Part shown: positions 1 through 9,337 of the stretch, in pieces
Numbering within the stretch: position 1 is the first letter of the stretch
Layout: each line of letters opens with the position of its first letter
Assembly: GCF_938040115.1 (NCBI RefSeq)
Contig: NZ_CALHXD010000016.1
Coordinates: 1 to 32,046 of the forward strand
From: an uncultured Campylobacter sp.
GTDB lineage: Bacteria > Campylobacterota > Campylobacteria > Campylobacterales > Campylobacteraceae
Direction: 5' to 3'
Length of the DNA: 32,046 bases
Position numbers and translations under genes: made by a program
Notes under the pieces: model-generated
Told to the model about the DNA's origin: nothing
The model's database searches: none
Seen by the model: the letters and a program-made list of their open reading frames with translations, nothing else

Positions 1-592
1 AGCCCATTTGAAACAAGATGTTTAAAAGATAGACGAAGTCGGGCTTTTGCTCCACCTTGCGCCCTATCGCATCTAAAATTTCGCCGTCTACAAAGCTACC
101 GCCAACCTTAAACGTGATATAAAGCGATTTTTTAGTCTTTGAAAGAAGCTTGCTAAGCGCGGCTTTTAGATCGTCCACCTCAAGGCAGCGCGAGGCCAAA
201 ACCACGTCGCACTCAGGCACGTCCGACCAGTCGTCCTCAAAGGCTTTTTGCGCAAATTTAACGTTTTGCGCGCCGTAAATTTGAGCGTTTTGCCTGGCAA
301 ACTCTAACATCTTAGGCGAAAAGTCGTAGCCGTAAATTTGATCCGCTTTTTTCGCCGCCAGCAAGCTTAACGCGCCCGCACCGCACGCAAAGTCAAGCAG
401 CGTAGAGACGTCCGTAAAATCGACCTTATCTATAAATTCTTGCGCGTAGGCGCTTTTCATCACGCCCTCGTTGAAGCTCGGAGCCTTTTTGTCCCAATGC
501 TCGGCCAGTTTTTTGCCGAATGAGCTTTTTGCTTTTTGCGCCTTATAAAGCGCGTCAAAGTCGATCTCGTCGTAGTTTGAAGCTAAAATCAT
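1..592 (-). CDS. Class I SAM-dependent methyltransferase (3' end runs off the window)
   Basis: Manual translation from ATG at 592 (preceded by AAAGGA): MILASNYDEIDFDALYK...LLDFACGAGALS...YGYDFSPKML. It has glycine-rich motif I and acidic motif II, and the frame is open to the window edge. Confidence 0.85.
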   Translation of the reverse strand, partial: MILASNYDEIDFDALYKAQKAKSSFGKKLAEHWDKKAPSFNEGVMKSAYAQEFIDKVDFTDVSTLLDFACGAGALSLLAAKKADQIYGYDFSPKMLEFARQNAQIYGAQNVKFAQKAFEDDWSDVPECDVVLASRCLEVDDLKAALSKLLSKTKKSLYITFKVGGSFVDGEILDAIGRKVEQKPDFVYLLNILFQMG

Positions 593-694
593 AATTATCC
601 TTTCCTGAATTTTGCGGGCAGACCGCACCGATTTTCGTTAAATTTTAGCGTAAATTTACGCACCGCATTTGAAATTTAATACCGAACGCGAAAG

Positions 695-1432
695 CTAAAT
701 TTTTATCTTCCTCGTCGCGTGACGGATGATTTGCTGCGTGTTTTTGTTTTGCGAGCTTTGCCAGCGCACGAGCAGCTCTTTTGCGGCGGCGAAATTTACC
801 TTTAGATAGTCCGCGACGTTGTTTGCGACCGAGCGCTGCACGAAGCGCACCTCGTCCTCTTTGAGTATCTCCAGCACCGCAAAAACCGGGCTTGGGTCGC
901 TGATGAAAAGCTCCAGCTTGCTAGCCCACGGCAGCTTTGGTCGTAGGCCTTCTGACGCTAGCCTGCGCAGGTGGAAATTTGACGAGCGCGCCCACTGCGT
1001 CATGGTTTTTAGCGAGTCTTGCGGATATTTTTTGATAAAGGCGCGCACCGCGTACTCGCCCGTGCCGCGCTTTGTGATCTCGGCGATCGCGCTCATCGAG
1101 GTTTCAAAGTCGTCTATGCCGTAAATTTCGACGTATTTTGCCAGCGGCAAAGTCCAGTAAAAGTGCTTAAACATGCCCGTTTCGTTCGGGTTTTCTTCGC
1201 CTAAAATCGCGACCAAAATCTCCGCCGCGCGCCTAAAGTCCGGCGGCAAAAGTTCATTTAGCGCGTTTGCGTGCGCCAAAATCCTTTGCGAATAGCCGAG
1301 ACTCGGCGCGCTCTCCGCGATTTGCCCGCAGTAGCTCTGCGCGTCAAATTTAGGATAAACTGCCTTTATCTTTTGCGATAAAATTTGCGCCAAATTTTCT
1401 CCAAAATATACCGCCAGTCCGCCGTTTTACAT
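695..1432 (-). pseudogene. DNA alkylation repair protein (AlkD-like HEAT-repeat family) with an in-frame TAA at codon 2; possibly translated from TTG at 1393
   Basis: ORF 695..1393 has W..S.N.HLRRLASEG.RP.LPW and V..SVANN..D motifs of this family. The frame extends to an SD-preceded ATG at 1432 but reads ATG TAA AAC GGC GGA CTG (M*NGGLAVYFGENLAQ). Confidence 0.65.
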
Positions 1433-1667
1433 ATTTTTCCTTTGGGTAGTTTTTGCCTCAGCCGTTAGCAAGCAAGCATGAATCATAAAATTTACTGCCG
1501 AAAATCAAAAGTGGCATTAAATTTATAGCCGTTACGCTCGTCAAATTTGACCGTCCGCGCAAGCAAAGCGTCAAATTTATCGTAGTTTGCGGGCTAAATT
1601 TTAAAATTAGTCCGCAAAAAAATGGCGCTAAATTTAGCGGCGGCTAAAATAGCGCCCGAAAGTAAAA

Positions 1668-2243
1668 TTATTTACACTCGACTTGCGGCATCTGCGCTAA
1701 AAATATCGGCATTTTTTGCTTGATTAGCGTGTGAAATTTGCTTCTATCGGCGATATTTAGAAACTTTAGCGCGTAGTGCGTGACTCTAAGCCCGCAGTTA
1801 AGGCTCTTGACGTGGATTAGATTGATCTCGTAGTTGTCAAAATCGGGGTTGCCCGCGATCGGATAGTAGATCGTGTAAGCTTGATACTCTTTATCGTTTA
1901 TAGACTTAAAATCATACTCCGCTTTGCCGAACTGTCCGCTTTTTAACGCGGTCATAAAGGTCCTTTGGTATTCGTTGATATCGGCGTTTTCATCGACGGT
2001 GACGCTTACTAGCTTGGTCCATTTAAAGCCCACTTTTTCGTTTGGTAGATAAAACTCAGCCGTTCTTGCGTTTTTTTGCTTTAAGACGAATTTTTCGCCG
2101 TCTATGGCTACTTCGTTTGGTAGATTTACGCTATCTAGCGCGCTTTTTGGCAGCTCTATCTGCGTGGTTCTAGGCTGGGTGCAGCCGCCTAAAAATAGAC
2201 AAACGGCCGCAACGGCGGCAAACGAAACTTTTTTAAAACTCAT
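1668..2243 (-). CDS. Hypothetical lipoprotein
   Basis: Basic N-terminus, hydrophobic core and lipobox LGG-C; SD AAGGAG; overlaps the stop of the upstream Sel1 gene. Confidence 0.8.
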   Translation of the reverse strand: MSFKKVSFAAVAAVCLFLGGCTQPRTTQIELPKSALDSVNLPNEVAIDGEKFVLKQKNARTAEFYLPNEKVGFKWTKLVSVTVDENADINEYQRTFMTALKSGQFGKAEYDFKSINDKEYQAYTIYYPIAGNPDFDNYEINLIHVKSLNCGLRVTHYALKFLNIADRSKFHTLIKQKMPIFLAQMPQVECK

Positions 2244-3651
2244 ATTTTTCTCCTTTGTTAGTTGATTTTTTAAACTCCATGCACTTTTTAGCTAGCCCCG
2301 CCTTGCACTCTTTTTCGTGCAGCTTTTGCGCCTTTTGGCGTAGCGCGGCGGCTTGTTTTTTGTCGCTGTGCTCAAGGCGGCGCGCTAGATTTATGCACCC
2401 GCGCGCGTCGTCCGCCTCGCAAGCCTCGCTAAAAAGGCTCGCAGCCTCACTGGCGTCCGCTTTTACCACTTCGCCTATGCCTTTTTCGTAGATCGCGCCT
2501 AGGTTCGTGCAGGCCGGTTTTAGCCCGTTGTAGCAGGCGATCCCGTAAAAGTTAAAGGCTTTTGCTATATCTTGCGGCACGTCTGATCCCTCAAAATACG
2601 CGTCCGCTAGGCTCTCGCAAGCATCCAGCCGCCAAAGTAGGCAGGCTTTTTCAAAAAGCTCCAGCGCGCGAGAAACGTCCTTTTTTGCACTGCGCCCTTG
2701 AAAAAACATCTCGCCAAGCTCGGCGCAAGAAGCTCCAAATCCGCCTTCGCAGGCTTTCTCGCGAAATTTGACCGCCTGCTCGCTATCTTGCCGCGCTCCG
2801 ACGAGCCCCTTTGCGTAGAGCACTCCTAGTACTGCGCAACCGTTTGCTACGCCTCTGCTGCACGACTCTTTGCCTAGCTCGTAGGCCGCCTCAAACTGTC
2901 CGCTTTGATACTGCGCCCAGCCGCCGTATAGCTCGTCCAGACGCTCGCTGCCGCTGCATTTGTAGGCATTTACGGCGCAGGCCTTGTCGTAGTAGGATCT
3001 AGCGGCCTTGATATCCTGCGCAAAACCCGCCTCGCAGTCCTCGTAAAGCCTACCCAAAGCCTCGCACGCTTCGTAAATTTTACCATCGCACGCAAGCGAG
3101 TAAAATTTGAGCGCGTTTTTCGAGTTTTTCGCGGCTTCGTCGTTTTTGCCCATTGCGCCGTCCGCGTACATGCCGCCTAGATAGTAGCAAACTACCGCGT
3201 ATCCGCGCTCGCAGGCTTTTACGTAGAGGTCTAGCGCCTTGCTTTCATCCGACGCGACACCGAGGCCCGCTTCGTAAATTTGAGCTAGATTATAGCAGCT
3301 TAAACCAAATCCTTTTTCGCAGGCTCGCTCAAAAATCGCGGCGGCTTTGGCGTGTTCGCCGCTGTTTTGGTATAGCGAGGCTAGGCTATCGCAGCCTGAT
3401 AGTTTGCCAGCGTCGCAGGCTTTTTCATAAAATTTGCCGGCTTTTACGTCGTCTTGCTTCACGCCTTTGCCGCTATGGTATAAAAACCCAAGCCTTACGC
3501 AGCCGCGCGTCTCGCCTGCTTCGCACGCTTTTTGCCAAATTTGAGCCGCTTTTTGTTCATCATCCGCGTCATAGGCCGCTTGAGCTTCGTCAGTCAAATT
3601 TGCGAGAGCGAAATTTAGCGCAAAAAGTAGCAGTAAGACGGGTTTTAACAT
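2233..3651 (-). CDS. Secreted Cys-rich Sel1-like repeat protein (Helicobacter cysteine-rich protein-like)
   Basis: Signal peptide (..FALA|N) followed by about a dozen A..YEKAC-x7-C..LG..Y..G.G repeats; SD AAGGAG. Confidence 0.9.
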   Translation of the reverse strand: MLKPVLLLLFALNFALANLTDEAQAAYDADDEQKAAQIWQKACEAGETRGCVRLGFLYHSGKGVKQDDVKAGKFYEKACDAGKLSGCDSLASLYQNSGEHAKAAAIFERACEKGFGLSCYNLAQIYEAGLGVASDESKALDLYVKACERGYAVVCYYLGGMYADGAMGKNDEAAKNSKNALKFYSLACDGKIYEACEALGRLYEDCEAGFAQDIKAARSYYDKACAVNAYKCSGSERLDELYGGWAQYQSGQFEAAYELGKESCSRGVANGCAVLGVLYAKGLVGARQDSEQAVKFREKACEGGFGASCAELGEMFFQGRSAKKDVSRALELFEKACLLWRLDACESLADAYFEGSDVPQDIAKAFNFYGIACYNGLKPACTNLGAIYEKGIGEVVKADASEAASLFSEACEADDARGCINLARRLEHSDKKQAAALRQKAQKLHEKECKAGLAKKCMEFKKSTNKGEKYEF

Positions 3652-4100
3652 TGCGCTCCTTTGTTAAATTTTAACAGTTATGTTTTTCAAATTTGACCTA
3701 TTTTGCTTCTTTGTATGCCACAGTCCTGTTTGTATCGGATGGGTAGGTTGTTGCGTCTTGTGTTGCCGACGATATACTAAAACTGCGCGACATTGGCATT
3801 CTTTAAAATTATTTGGGTGTGGAGTAAATTTGGCGCGGTTACGCAAACGGCTATGATCTTTTTCAAATTTTTTCCTTAAATTTAGCGCCGAGTCAAATTT
3901 GAGCGGCAAAACCGCTCCGAGCTAAATTTAACCGCGCTCTTAAGGGCTAAAATAAATTTTGCGGCGCAGTGTCGGCACAAAAGGCGTCAAATTTATTTTG
4001 CCAATATTTGGGTTCATGGCCGCACGGCATAAAACAGATGGCGGTCAAATTTAGCCAAAAACCACTCGGCTATAAAGCCAAATTTGACCGATTTTGCGAC

Positions 4101-5204
4101 TTAGACGTTAAATCTAAAATGCATCACGTCGCCGTCTTGAACGACGTAGTCTTTACCCTCTAGGCGCATTTTGCCTGCTTCTTTTGCCGGATTTTCGCCG
4201 CCGCACGCGATGTAGTCCTCGTAGCTGATAACCTCGGCTCTGATAAATCCTCGCTCAAAGTCATTGTGTATGACGCTGGCGGCTTTTGGCGCTTTCCAGC
4301 CTTTTACGATCGTCCATGCGCGCACCTCGACGACGCCAGCAGTAAAGTAGCTGATCAAATTTAGCTTTGCAAACGCCGTTTTGATGATCTTTTCTAGGCC
4401 GCTCTCGTTCGTGCCGAGCGAGCTTAAAAACTCATGCGCCTCTTCGTCGCTAAGCCCCACGAGCTCCTCTTCGATCTTGGCGCAAAGCTTGATAACTTCA
4501 TGTCCCGAGCGCGCGGCAAACTCACGGAGCGCCTGTACGTATTTATTATCCTCCGAGATGCCGTCCTCACCCACATTTGCGCCGTAGACGACCTCTTTTG
4601 CGCTGAGTAGCCTTAGCTCTTTGTTTAAATTTATAAACGCGTCGTCGTCCTTGCCGATGAAGCTACTCGCGCTTTTGCCGTCATTTAGGTGAGCTAGCAA
4701 CGCATTTGCCGTCTCTAGCGTCTCTTTCGCGCCCTTTGCGTTTGCTTTGGCTTCGCGGGATAGACGTTCTATTTTTTTGTTTAGCTGCTCGATGTCGGCG
4801 AGGATGAGCTCGGTCTCGATGATCTCGACGTCCCTAACGGGATCGACGCCGCCTTCTACGTGAGTGATGTTTTCATCCTCAAAGCAGCGCACGATGTGTA
4901 AAATCACTTCGGTTTCGCGGATATTTGAGAGAAATTTATTTCCCAGACCTTCGCCCGCACTTGCACCCTTTACGAGTCCCGCGATATCGACAAATTCGAT
5001 CGTGGAGTATTGGATTTTATTTGGATTTACGATTTTGGCTAGCTCGCCTAGGCGCTTATCTGGCACCGGTACGACGGCTTTATTGGGCTCGATCGTGCAG
5101 AACGGATAGTTCGCGCTCTCGGCGTTTTGCGCTTTTGTTAGAGCGTTAAATGTGGTTGATTTGCCGACGTTTGGCAAGCCTACGATACCTACTGCTAGTC
5201 CCAT
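4101..5204 (-). CDS. ychF: Redox-regulated ATPase YchF (Obg family)
   Basis: GIVGLPNVGKST, NYPFCTIEPN, DIAGLVKGAS and C-terminal TGS domain (GKDYVVQDGD). Start set at ATG 5204 (TAATG overlap with pepA) rather than the ORF-track start at 5333. Confidence 0.97.
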   Translation of the reverse strand: MGLAVGIVGLPNVGKSTTFNALTKAQNAESANYPFCTIEPNKAVVPVPDKRLGELAKIVNPNKIQYSTIEFVDIAGLVKGASAGEGLGNKFLSNIRETEVILHIVRCFEDENITHVEGGVDPVRDVEIIETELILADIEQLNKKIERLSREAKANAKGAKETLETANALLAHLNDGKSASSFIGKDDDAFINLNKELRLLSAKEVVYGANVGEDGISEDNKYVQALREFAARSGHEVIKLCAKIEEELVGLSDEEAHEFLSSLGTNESGLEKIIKTAFAKLNLISYFTAGVVEVRAWTIVKGWKAPKAASVIHNDFERGFIRAEVISYEDYIACGGENPAKEAGKMRLEGKDYVVQDGDVMHFRFNV

Positions 5205-6655
5205 TACAGCTCCTTTGCCATAGCGCATAGATAATAAAGATTCATTCGCACGCCAGCTCCCGTCGCGCCAGCCTGGTTGTATCCCCAAGCTTTTTCGGTG
5301 TATGCGGGACCCGCGATATCTTGGTGTATCCACTTGTCTTTAAATTCGTCTTTTATAAATTTGTCTAGGAAAAGTCCCGCCGTGATCGCGCCGCCGTAAC
5401 GGCTAGATCCCGTGTTGCTGACGTCTGCGATCTGGCTTTTGATCAGTTCGCGCAAGTGCGGGTTAAACTCCAAAATCGTATTTAGCTCGCCACTCTTTGC
5501 CGCTTTTGCTTTAAATTCGGCCTTTAGCTCCTCGTTATTGCCCATTATGCCGCTAGTGTATTCGCCAAGTCCGACCACGCAAGCGCCCGTTAGCGTCGCC
5601 ATGTCGATGAGGATATCGGGCTTAAAATCCTGCGCGTAGCTAAGGCAGTCTGCGAGTACCAAACGACCCTCGGCGTCGGTGTTTCTCACCTCGATGCTAA
5701 CGCCGCTGCGAGATATCAGCACGTCGTCTGGTTTATAGGCGTTGCCGCCGATCATATTTTCGGTCGCGCCTAAAATAGCGTGAATTTCAAACGGCAAATT
5801 TAGCTCCGCCGCGCCTTTAATTATACCCATCGCCGCAGCCGCGCCGCTTTTGTCGGCTTTCATCGTTAGCATATAATCAGCCGGCTTTAAGCTAAGTCCG
5901 CCGCTATCGTAAGTAAGCCCCTTGCCGACGAAGATTACGCGTTTTTTCGCGCCTTTTGGCTTGTAGATGAGGTGGATGAGGCGAGGCGGATGGACGCTGG
6001 CTTTGTTTACCGCTAAAAATGCGTTCATCTTTTCTTTTTCGAGGAATTTTTCGTCGTAAATTTTGCAGCTTAAATTTGGACTAGACTTAGCTAGATTTTG
6101 CGCCTCTTCGGCCATTTTTTGCGGAGTGTAGATTTCAGGTATTTCGTTTACGACGTCTTTGGTGAAATTTGTCGCCGAAGCGATTATCTCGCCGTGAGCA
6201 AAGCCGTCCTGTGCGTCGTTTTCGCGGACCTCCTTGTCGTTATACTCCTCCTTGCTAAAAATAATATCTTTTAGCGCGTATTTTTCTTTTTTTTCTTTGT
6301 ATTTGTTAAATTCGTAAGCGCCTAGCAAAAAGCCTTCGGTTAGAGCCTGAAAGCTCATTTTTTGGCAGCCTGCTATGTACGAGGCTAGTTTAATGCTTTT
6401 GACGTTTAGTGATTTTACCGCGTTGTAGGCCTTTGCTGCAGCTATGCGAAGCTCGTCGTAGCCAAGCTTGCTAAGCGGGACGTAGATCCTGCCGCTTTCT
6501 AGCAAAAGCAAGACGCTCTCGCCTTTGTAGTTGGCAAATTTAAACGCCTTTTCGTCTTTTATAAATTTATGTTTTAGGTTTTTATCTACGACGAAAATCA
6601 GCTCCAAATCGGCCTTGATCTCGTTTAGTTTTTTATTAGTGAGTTGAAACTGCAC
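5204..6655 (-). CDS. pepA: Leucyl aminopeptidase (M17)
   Basis: VGKGLTYDSGG, MKADKSGAA, NTDAEGRL and DMATLTGA motifs. Confidence 0.96.
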   Translation of the reverse strand: MQFQLTNKKLNEIKADLELIFVVDKNLKHKFIKDEKAFKFANYKGESVLLLLESGRIYVPLSKLGYDELRIAAAKAYNAVKSLNVKSIKLASYIAGCQKMSFQALTEGFLLGAYEFNKYKEKKEKYALKDIIFSKEEYNDKEVRENDAQDGFAHGEIIASATNFTKDVVNEIPEIYTPQKMAEEAQNLAKSSPNLSCKIYDEKFLEKEKMNAFLAVNKASVHPPRLIHLIYKPKGAKKRVIFVGKGLTYDSGGLSLKPADYMLTMKADKSGAAAAMGIIKGAAELNLPFEIHAILGATENMIGGNAYKPDDVLISRSGVSIEVRNTDAEGRLVLADCLSYAQDFKPDILIDMATLTGACVVGLGEYTSGIMGNNEELKAEFKAKAAKSGELNTILEFNPHLRELIKSQIADVSNTGSSRYGGAITAGLFLDKFIKDEFKDKWIHQDIAGPAYTEKAWGYNQAGATGAGVRMNLYYLCAMAKEL

Positions 6656-7238
6656 TTCTGTGTCTCCTATCGTTTAAAATTTTATTTTCTATGCGCTTAA
6701 AGCCGTAGAGCAAAGCGCCTAAAAATAGCGCTACTACCGGCACGGCGACGTACCAGTGCTCTTTTGCTTTGTGCAGGATATCAAGTATGTGCTCGCCTAA
6801 AACCCATGCGGGGATTATCGTGATCGCAGCCCAGCACCACGCGCTTATTAGATTGATGAGCGCGTATTTTTTCGCACTGTATCCGGTTAAGCCTATGGTC
6901 ATCGGTATGATGACGCGAAAGCCGTACATATAGCGCTGGATAAAAATGATCGGCCAGCCGTATTTTTTCAGCATTATGTGCGCGATGGCGAATTTACGGC
7001 GCTGAGTGTGAAGTTTTTTAGCGATATATTTTTTGTTATAGCGGCCTAGATAAAAGTAAATTTGATCGCCGACAAAGCCGCCCAGACCTGCTACGAAGAT
7101 GGCCGGCGCGATATGCATATGCGTTTGATGAGAGAGGATGCCCGCCATTATGAGCGCCATTTCGCCTTCCATTATGCACCAGACGAAAAGTATGATGTAG
7201 CCGTACTCGATGAGTAGTTTTATGAAAAATTCTTCCAT
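6636..7238 (-). CDS. DedA family membrane protein
   Basis: YGYIILF...EGE, GDQIYFYLGR and RYMYGFR DedA pattern; alternative start at 7241. Confidence 0.9.
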   Translation of the reverse strand: MEEFFIKLLIEYGYIILFVWCIMEGEMALIMAGILSHQTHMHIAPAIFVAGLGGFVGDQIYFYLGRYNKKYIAKKLHTQRRKFAIAHIMLKKYGWPIIFIQRYMYGFRVIIPMTIGLTGYSAKKYALINLISAWCWAAITIIPAWVLGEHILDILHKAKEHWYVAVPVVALFLGALLYGFKRIENKILNDRRHRSAVSTH

Positions 7239-7786
7239 CATAGCTCCAAAATGCTGTAAATTTTAGTTAGCGGGCGTAAATTTGTGCTACCGCCAAGATC
7301 CTTTAAATCGATCAAAAAGCAGGCCTCTACGCAAACGGCGTTTGTTTGATTGATTAGCTCGACGCTAGCCTTGGCCGTGCCTCCCGTAGCGATTAGATCG
7401 TCGATTAAAAGCACTTTTGCGCCCGCTTTTTCGCCGAATGCATCGACGTGAATTTGCACTTCGTCTACGCCGTATTCTAGGCTGTATTTTTGCGAGATCG
7501 TGATGTAGGGCAGTTTTTTAGGCTTTCTAATCGGCACGAAAGGTAGCCGCAGCCTAGCTGCCAAGGCCGCTGCGAATATAAATCCGCGCGACTCGATGCC
7601 GGCGATAAAGTCGATATCGGCGCCCTCGTATCTGGCAACTAGATGATCCATTAAAAAATTAAACGCCTCTTTATTATTCAGTAGCGTCGTGATATCGCGA
7701 AATACTATGCCCGGTTTTGGAAAATCGTTTATGCAGCGGATGGAATTTAATAAAAATTCCTTCCCCGCTTTGTCTAGTTCTTTCAT
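7238..7786 (-). CDS. apt: Adenine phosphoribosyltransferase
   Basis: [21 protein letters not shown] and PRPP motif [13 protein letters not shown]. Confidence 0.97.
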   Translation of the reverse strand: MKELDKAGKEFLLNSIRCINDFPKPGIVFRDITTLLNNKEAFNFLMDHLVARYEGADIDFIAGIESRGFIFAAALAARLRLPFVPIRKPKKLPYITISQKYSLEYGVDEVQIHVDAFGEKAGAKVLLIDDLIATGGTAKASVELINQTNAVCVEACFLIDLKDLGGSTNLRPLTKIYSILEL

Positions 7787-7806
7787 TTTTTGCCTTTAAA
7801 TTTGAT

Positions 7807-8136
7807 TTATAGTAGCGCTTCGATTTTGCCCTCTAGCTCGCGGATGCGCTGGCGGAGTTTGTCGTTTTCCAGGCGGTACTGTGAGTTTCTGGTGCGAAGG
7901 GCGTTGGCATCGTTTTTGACTTTATTTAGTTCGTCGGTGAGGATGTCGATATTGCCCAGGCCACGCTGTAGCTGGACTTGCAGCTTGCGGATGACGACTT
8001 CGGTATCTTGGAGATTGTTTTTCATAAAATCGCGCGTCGCGCGCTCTTTTTTAAGCAAGGTTTTAAAATAAAACACCATAACGGTGAGATAGATACAAAT
8101 GCATATCAAAACGGTAAGTACGAGCCAATCAGTCAT
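7807..8136 (-). CDS. Conserved membrane-anchored coiled-coil hypothetical protein
   Basis: N-terminal TM helix followed by a heptad-rich region; ATGA overlap with rpiB. Confidence 0.8.
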   Translation of the reverse strand: MTDWLVLTVLICICIYLTVMVFYFKTLLKKERATRDFMKNNLQDTEVVIRKLQVQLQRGLGNIDILTDELNKVKNDANALRTRNSQYRLENDKLRQRIRELEGKIEALL

Positions 8137-8573
8137 TTCTCGCCTCCTAGTTTTTTCACGCGCCTTTCGTGTCTGCCGCCGGCAAATTCGGTAGCGAAAA
8201 AGGCTTTTATCATATCTGCAGCTACGGCGTCGCCTATCGTTCTAGCGCCCATGGCTAGCACGTTTGCGTCGTTGTGCTCGCGCGCTAGTTTTGCCGTGGT
8301 GACGTCGTGACAAAGCGCGCAGCGAACGTGCGAATGGCGGTTGGCCGCGATACTGATGCCGATACCCGTACCGCAGATTAGCACGCCGTATTCGTTATCG
8401 CCTCGTAAATTTTGCGCCATAAGCTCGGCAAAATCGGGATAATCGACGCTATCTTTGCTATGCGTTCCTAGATCGCATACGTCAAAACCTTCGTTTTTTA
8501 AAAGCCCGCAAATTTGCGCCTTAAGATCAAAGCCCGCGTGGTCGCTCGCGATAAAAATTTTGTCTATTTTCAT
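8133..8573 (-). CDS. rpiB: Ribose-5-phosphate isomerase B
   Basis: SDHAG, VDYPD, ICGTGIG, AREHNDAN and GGRHERR motifs. Confidence 0.96.
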   Translation of the reverse strand: MKIDKIFIASDHAGFDLKAQICGLLKNEGFDVCDLGTHSKDSVDYPDFAELMAQNLRGDNEYGVLICGTGIGISIAANRHSHVRCALCHDVTTAKLAREHNDANVLAMGARTIGDAVAADMIKAFFATEFAGGRHERRVKKLGGEK

Positions 8574-8601
8574 GAAATTTCCATAAGCTAAAAAATGCTT
8601 A

Positions 8602-8610
8602 ATTATAGCA
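8602..8610 (-). promoter_or_regulatory. Extended -10 promoter (TGCTATAAT) for the rpiB-apt-dedA-pepA-ychF run
   Basis: Exact TGnTATAAT on the minus strand, 28 nt upstream of the rpiB ATG. Confidence 0.7.
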
Positions 8611-8683
8611 AAAAAGCATTAAAGTAAAATTTCACCGCGAGCCTTTAGGAGCGAAATTTAGGCTAAATTTTAAAATTTGCCGT

Positions 8684-9337
8684 TTACAAAAACATCCTCA
8701 TGATTGCGACGGCATATCGTATCGGCTCGAAAAAATAATCCTTTAGCGGCGAGATCACAATGATGACTAGTGCGATAAAGCCGTATCTTTGCATGCTATT
8801 TAGCCAGTTTGCCACGCCGTGAAGCCCAAAAATGCGCAAAAGATACTCAAGCGCCTTTGAGCCGTCAAGAGGCGGGATAGGGTAGAGGTTAAAGAGAGCT
8901 AGAACTAAATTTACGGCTGCTAGCATAAAAATAAACTCCGCTACCGCGCCGTTAAAAAAGCCGTCAAAACCTATAAATTTAAATAGGCAAAACGCTAGCG
9001 TAAAAAGAGCGAGGTTGTATGCGATACCTGCAAGCGCGACGATAATAGCAGCCTTGTAGCCGCCGTTATAAAGCACCGTGCGTAAATTTATGGGTACGGG
9101 TTTAGCCCAGCCAAACGTCACTCCCGTGCTAAGATACATGAGTGCGGGCACGACGATAGTGCCTAGCGGATCGACGTGTTTTATGGGATTTATGCTGAGC
9201 CGCCCCAAATTTTTGGCGGTTAGGTCGCCAAATTTAAACGCCGCGTATCCGTGCGCGATCTCGTGTCCGACGACGGAGATAACGAGCACGGCGACTAGGA
9301 TCGCAACCTGCGCGAAATCGATGTTATCAAGGTTCAT
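8684..9337 (-). CDS. Site-2 protease (M50 metalloprotease)
   Basis: HEIAH (HExxH) and FNLYPIPPLDG motifs within hydrophobic segments. Confidence 0.93.
   Translation of the reverse strand: MNLDNIDFAQVAILVAVLVISVVGHEIAHGYAAFKFGDLTAKNLGRLSINPIKHVDPLGTIVVPALMYLSTGVTFGWAKPVPINLRTVLYNGGYKAAIIVALAGIAYNLALFTLAFCLFKFIGFDGFFNGAVAEFIFMLAAVNLVLALFNLYPIPPLDGSKALEYLLRIFGLHGVANWLNSMQRYGFIALVIIVISPLKDYFFEPIRYAVAIMRMFL

Noticed and set aside
3664..4163. ORFs 3664-3909 and 3969-4163
   Set aside because: They are translations of AAATTT-rich intergenic DNA with no convincing SD or recognisable domain.
5205..5333. N-terminal extension of YchF in the ORF track
   Set aside because: It overlaps pepA in another frame; the conserved start MGLAVGIVG is at 5204.
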